Assembly (NCBI GenBank): GCA_964489705.1
Contig: CAZAZQ010000015.1
Span: 3,393 to 67,392, forward strand
Length of the DNA stretch: 64,000 nt
Reading direction: 5' to 3'
Source: an uncultured Ignavibacteriales bacterium
GTDB taxonomy: Bacteria > Zixibacteria > MSB-5A5 > GN15 > FEB-12
The position numbers were made by a program, and so were the translations under genes. Below are positions 62,065 to 64,000 of the stretch, in pieces. How positions within the stretch are numbered: the stretch's first letter is position 1; every line of letters starts with the position of its first letter. Under the pieces are notes generated by a model. The model worked only from the letters and a program-made list of their open reading frames with translations. It had not been told where the DNA came from and searched no databases.

Positions 62065-62256
62065 TTACGGTCCGAAAGGCGGACACGGACGGCACTCGTC
62101 CCAGCAGACTATCGGCGGGGTCGAGGTACAAACGCGTACCCAGCAGCAGTTGGCAGCCGTCGTCGTCGGGGTCGAAACGATGGTAAACGCACCGGCAAAG
62201 AGGACGATAAAGGCAAAGAGCAGCACCAGGACTTTGATGTTTCGCAACACCGTCAT
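62065..62256 (-). CDS. 63-aa exported/membrane-anchored Cys-rich peptide
   Basis: GGAGGTG lies 7 nt upstream of the ATG, which overlaps the upstream gene's stop (ATGA). It has a hydrophobic N-terminus (IKVLVLLFAFIVLFAGAF) and a Thr-rich spacer. Six Cys follow in 23 residues: NCCWVRVCTSTPPIVCWDECRPCPPFGP. Confidence 0.6.
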   Translation of the reverse strand: MTVLRNIKVLVLLFAFIVLFAGAFTIVSTPTTTAANCCWVRVCTSTPPIVCWDECRPCPPFGP

Positions 62257-62873
62257 TTTCCATCACCTCCTTTCACAGTTAAAGAGTCAAATCGAACTAA
62301 AGCAGCACGTATGCTGTCTTTTTGCATTTCTTGCAGGGTTCCATACCACGCCTCCTGTATCACCCCTTCCGGGGTGATAAGGACTGTCTGGGGAAGAATG
62401 TGCCTCTTGTACTTGTCTATCAAAACATCGTCCCGGAAGCAGACGACGGGGAATCGAACGTTATGTTCTTGTACGACCGTTTTGGCTTCCTCCGGGCTGT
62501 CGGGGCAGACGCCGACCATTCGGAGGGCGGTATGGTAGCGAACGAAGAGAGAATCCCAGAAGGGAAAGTTGTCGTCGCACGCCGAGCACGACGCCGAAAA
62601 CCAGACCATCAACGTGTAGGGTTCCTTCGGAGCGTAACGGAGCCGGAAGGGTTTGCCGTTGAGGTCGGTCGTGGTAAAGGAAGGAACGCGGTCTGAAGGA
62701 GCAAGAGGATGATATGCGCTTGAGGAGGTGCGGATGATTTCCCGAAGCTCGCTATTGCGACGCACCAGATAGAGAATCTCAACCCCCATGAGCACGATTA
62801 TCGCACTCAAGAGAATAGTCAACCAATGTTTGCGAACATGCTCTCCCACTTCGCTCCTTTTCCCGTCCTCCAA
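62253..62873 (-). CDS. Membrane-anchored TlpA/ResA-like thioredoxin-fold thiol:disulfide oxidoreductase
   Basis: One N-terminal TM helix (WLTILLSAIIVLMGVEILYLV), followed by a redoxin domain with VWFSASCSAC (CxxC) and PQTVLITPEG. Confidence 0.75.
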   Translation of the reverse strand: MEDGKRSEVGEHVRKHWLTILLSAIIVLMGVEILYLVRRNSELREIIRTSSSAYHPLAPSDRVPSFTTTDLNGKPFRLRYAPKEPYTLMVWFSASCSACDDNFPFWDSLFVRYHTALRMVGVCPDSPEEAKTVVQEHNVRFPVVCFRDDVLIDKYKRHILPQTVLITPEGVIQEAWYGTLQEMQKDSIRAALVRFDSLTVKGGDGK

Positions 62874-63241
62874 ACGGTTTCGGCTCGCACTGTGGTTGCG
62901 CTTTCCCTAAGTTGTCGCTTGTGCCGAGAATTGTTTGTGAAATTGCTTCTTCATTGATAGGAAAAGGGAGGCGGTTGTCAAGCTGTTTTATTTTTTCTTT
63001 CGAGTAGCATAGCATTGTTGTTGAACTTTGAAAGCGACCGTCAGGGGAGCGGGGCCGGTGGGCATATTGACCTTTTGATGAGGGTGTGAATGTGAAAAAA
63101 GGCAGGCTTTGGGTTTTATGTTTTTCGGCTTCACGTTCCGAGTAGGTCTGCATAAAGTTGCGGAAAATGAGCAAAGAAATTACTTAAACACTTGATTTAT
63201 GAAAGGCATTGCCGATATTATTATAAATCGGATGGTAGATT

Positions 63242-64000
63242 ATGGCTGAAGAAAAAGTGAAAATACTGGTTATCGACGACGATCCGAAAGTGTCCTGGCT
63301 GCTTTCGGAAGGGCTCTCGTCGAAATACGATTTTGTCTCCGCCCGCGACGGTTTCGAAGGGTTGCAGATGGTTTCGACCGAGAAGCCGGATTTGATTCTT
63401 TTGGATATCAAAATGCCGGGGATGAACGGTATTGAAGTACTCGAAAAGCTGAACAAGCTGGAAAGCCGCCCCGAAGTCATTATGGTTTCCGGGCATGGCG
63501 ATACCCCGCTGGTGGTCAAGTCAGTGCAGTTGGGGGCGGCGGAGTTCGTCAATAAACCGTTCGATATTCAGGAACTTGATATTCATATAGAAGGGGTTCT
63601 GGAACGCAAGCAGCTCAAACGGCAGGTCAAGGAGTTGCGTGCCGAGTTGGAGGCGAAGAGCGGCCAGACCACTTTTGTCGGCGATTCTCAAGCGATGCAA
63701 AAGGTCAAAGAAATCATCGAGCAAGTTGCCGATTCCGACCTGACGGTGCTCATTCGAGGAGAGTCAGGGACGGGGAAAGAGATTGCGGCGCGTTTGCTGC
63801 ACCAGCTTTCCAGCCGGAGGAAAAAGCCGTTTGTGAAAGTCAACTGTGCCGCCATCCCACGTGACTTGTTGGAAGCCGAATTGTTCGGCTATGAAAAGGG
63901 AGCCTTTACCGGTGCTCACAAAACCAAGCAGGGGCGCTTTGAAGTTGCGGAAAAAGGGACAATTTTCTTGGACGAAATCGGTGATTTGTCCCTTGAACTT
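63242..64000 (+). CDS. Sigma-54-dependent response regulator (NtrC family), N-terminal 253 codons; continues beyond the right edge
   Basis: REC domain ([26 protein letters not shown]) followed by an AAA+ domain ([30 protein letters not shown]). It is missing from the ORF track because it has no in-window stop. Confidence 0.9.
   Translation, partial: MAEEKVKILVIDDDPKVSWLLSEGLSSKYDFVSARDGFEGLQMVSTEKPDLILLDIKMPGMNGIEVLEKLNKLESRPEVIMVSGHGDTPLVVKSVQLGAAEFVNKPFDIQELDIHIEGVLERKQLKRQVKELRAELEAKSGQTTFVGDSQAMQKVKEIIEQVADSDLTVLIRGESGTGKEIAARLLHQLSSRRKKPFVKVNCAAIPRDLLEAELFGYEKGAFTGAHKTKQGRFEVAEKGTIFLDEIGDLSLEL

Noticed and set aside
62779-63174. 131-aa minus-strand ORF in the redoxin/NtrC divergent intergenic region
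   Set aside because: It overlaps the redoxin gene start and has no RBS or recognisable motif. It is probably non-coding promoter DNA.
62874-63241. Sigma-54 promoter (TGGCAC-N5-TTGC) near the NtrC-type regulator, and elsewhere in the window
   Set aside because: Scanning TGGCAC/GTGCCA occurrences by eye found none with a properly spaced TTGC element. This was not an exhaustive computation.
1-64000. Mobile elements, CRISPR arrays, rRNA genes, prophage or defence islands
   Set aside because: I found no transposase, integrase or recombinase-like ORFs, no regularly spaced direct repeats and no rRNA-like sequence. Composition is uniform apart from the short AT-rich spacer at about 33.6 kb.

Overview
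Densely coded, mid-GC bacterial chromosome segment with about 62 protein genes and one tRNA. I found no rRNA, CRISPR array, transposase or integrase. The gene content suggests an anaerobic or microaerophilic, probably uncultivated lineage: pyruvate phosphate dikinase, ADP-forming acetyl-CoA synthetase, rubrerythrin-like and peroxiredoxin genes, a selenoprotein, and a multihaem cytochrome. Left to right: a partial YfbK-like vWA gene and an ArnT-like glycosyltransferase (minus strand); pgsA-pgpA-cinA-thpR; tRNA-Gly(CCC); DUF512 radical-SAM-like gene and der; a 10.5-kb signalling cluster joining a GAF-PP2C/RsbW/STAS partner-switching module, a HEAT-repeat protein, four single-domain response regulators and cheR-cheY-cheZ(like)-cheA-cheB with no MCP or free CheW; VOC, msrBA and a membrane protein. 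The stand-out region is 22.1-33.3 kb. It holds twelve co-directional genes that form three diverged tandem copies of one four-gene, all-membrane cassette (A-B-C-D), with one candidate promoter and one strong terminator, and I cannot assign any of the four proteins to a named family. Downstream: a small basic protein, ppdK with a Lys/Ser-rich N-terminal extension, acd, gltX, an oxidative-stress cluster that includes a Bcp-type peroxiredoxin with an in-frame TGA at the peroxidatic Cys position (probable selenocysteine, with a SECIS-like hairpin), nadA, an orphan E2 acyltransferase with lipB, a complete minus-strand suf operon with an Rrf2 regulator, an octahaem cytochrome c next to a two-CW-domain protein, a BNR/sortilin-like protein, a LolA-like protein, a TlpA-like redoxin translationally coupled to a 63-aa Cys-rich peptide, and a partial NtrC-type regulator. 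All calls come from reading the translations and DNA by eye. No searches were run.
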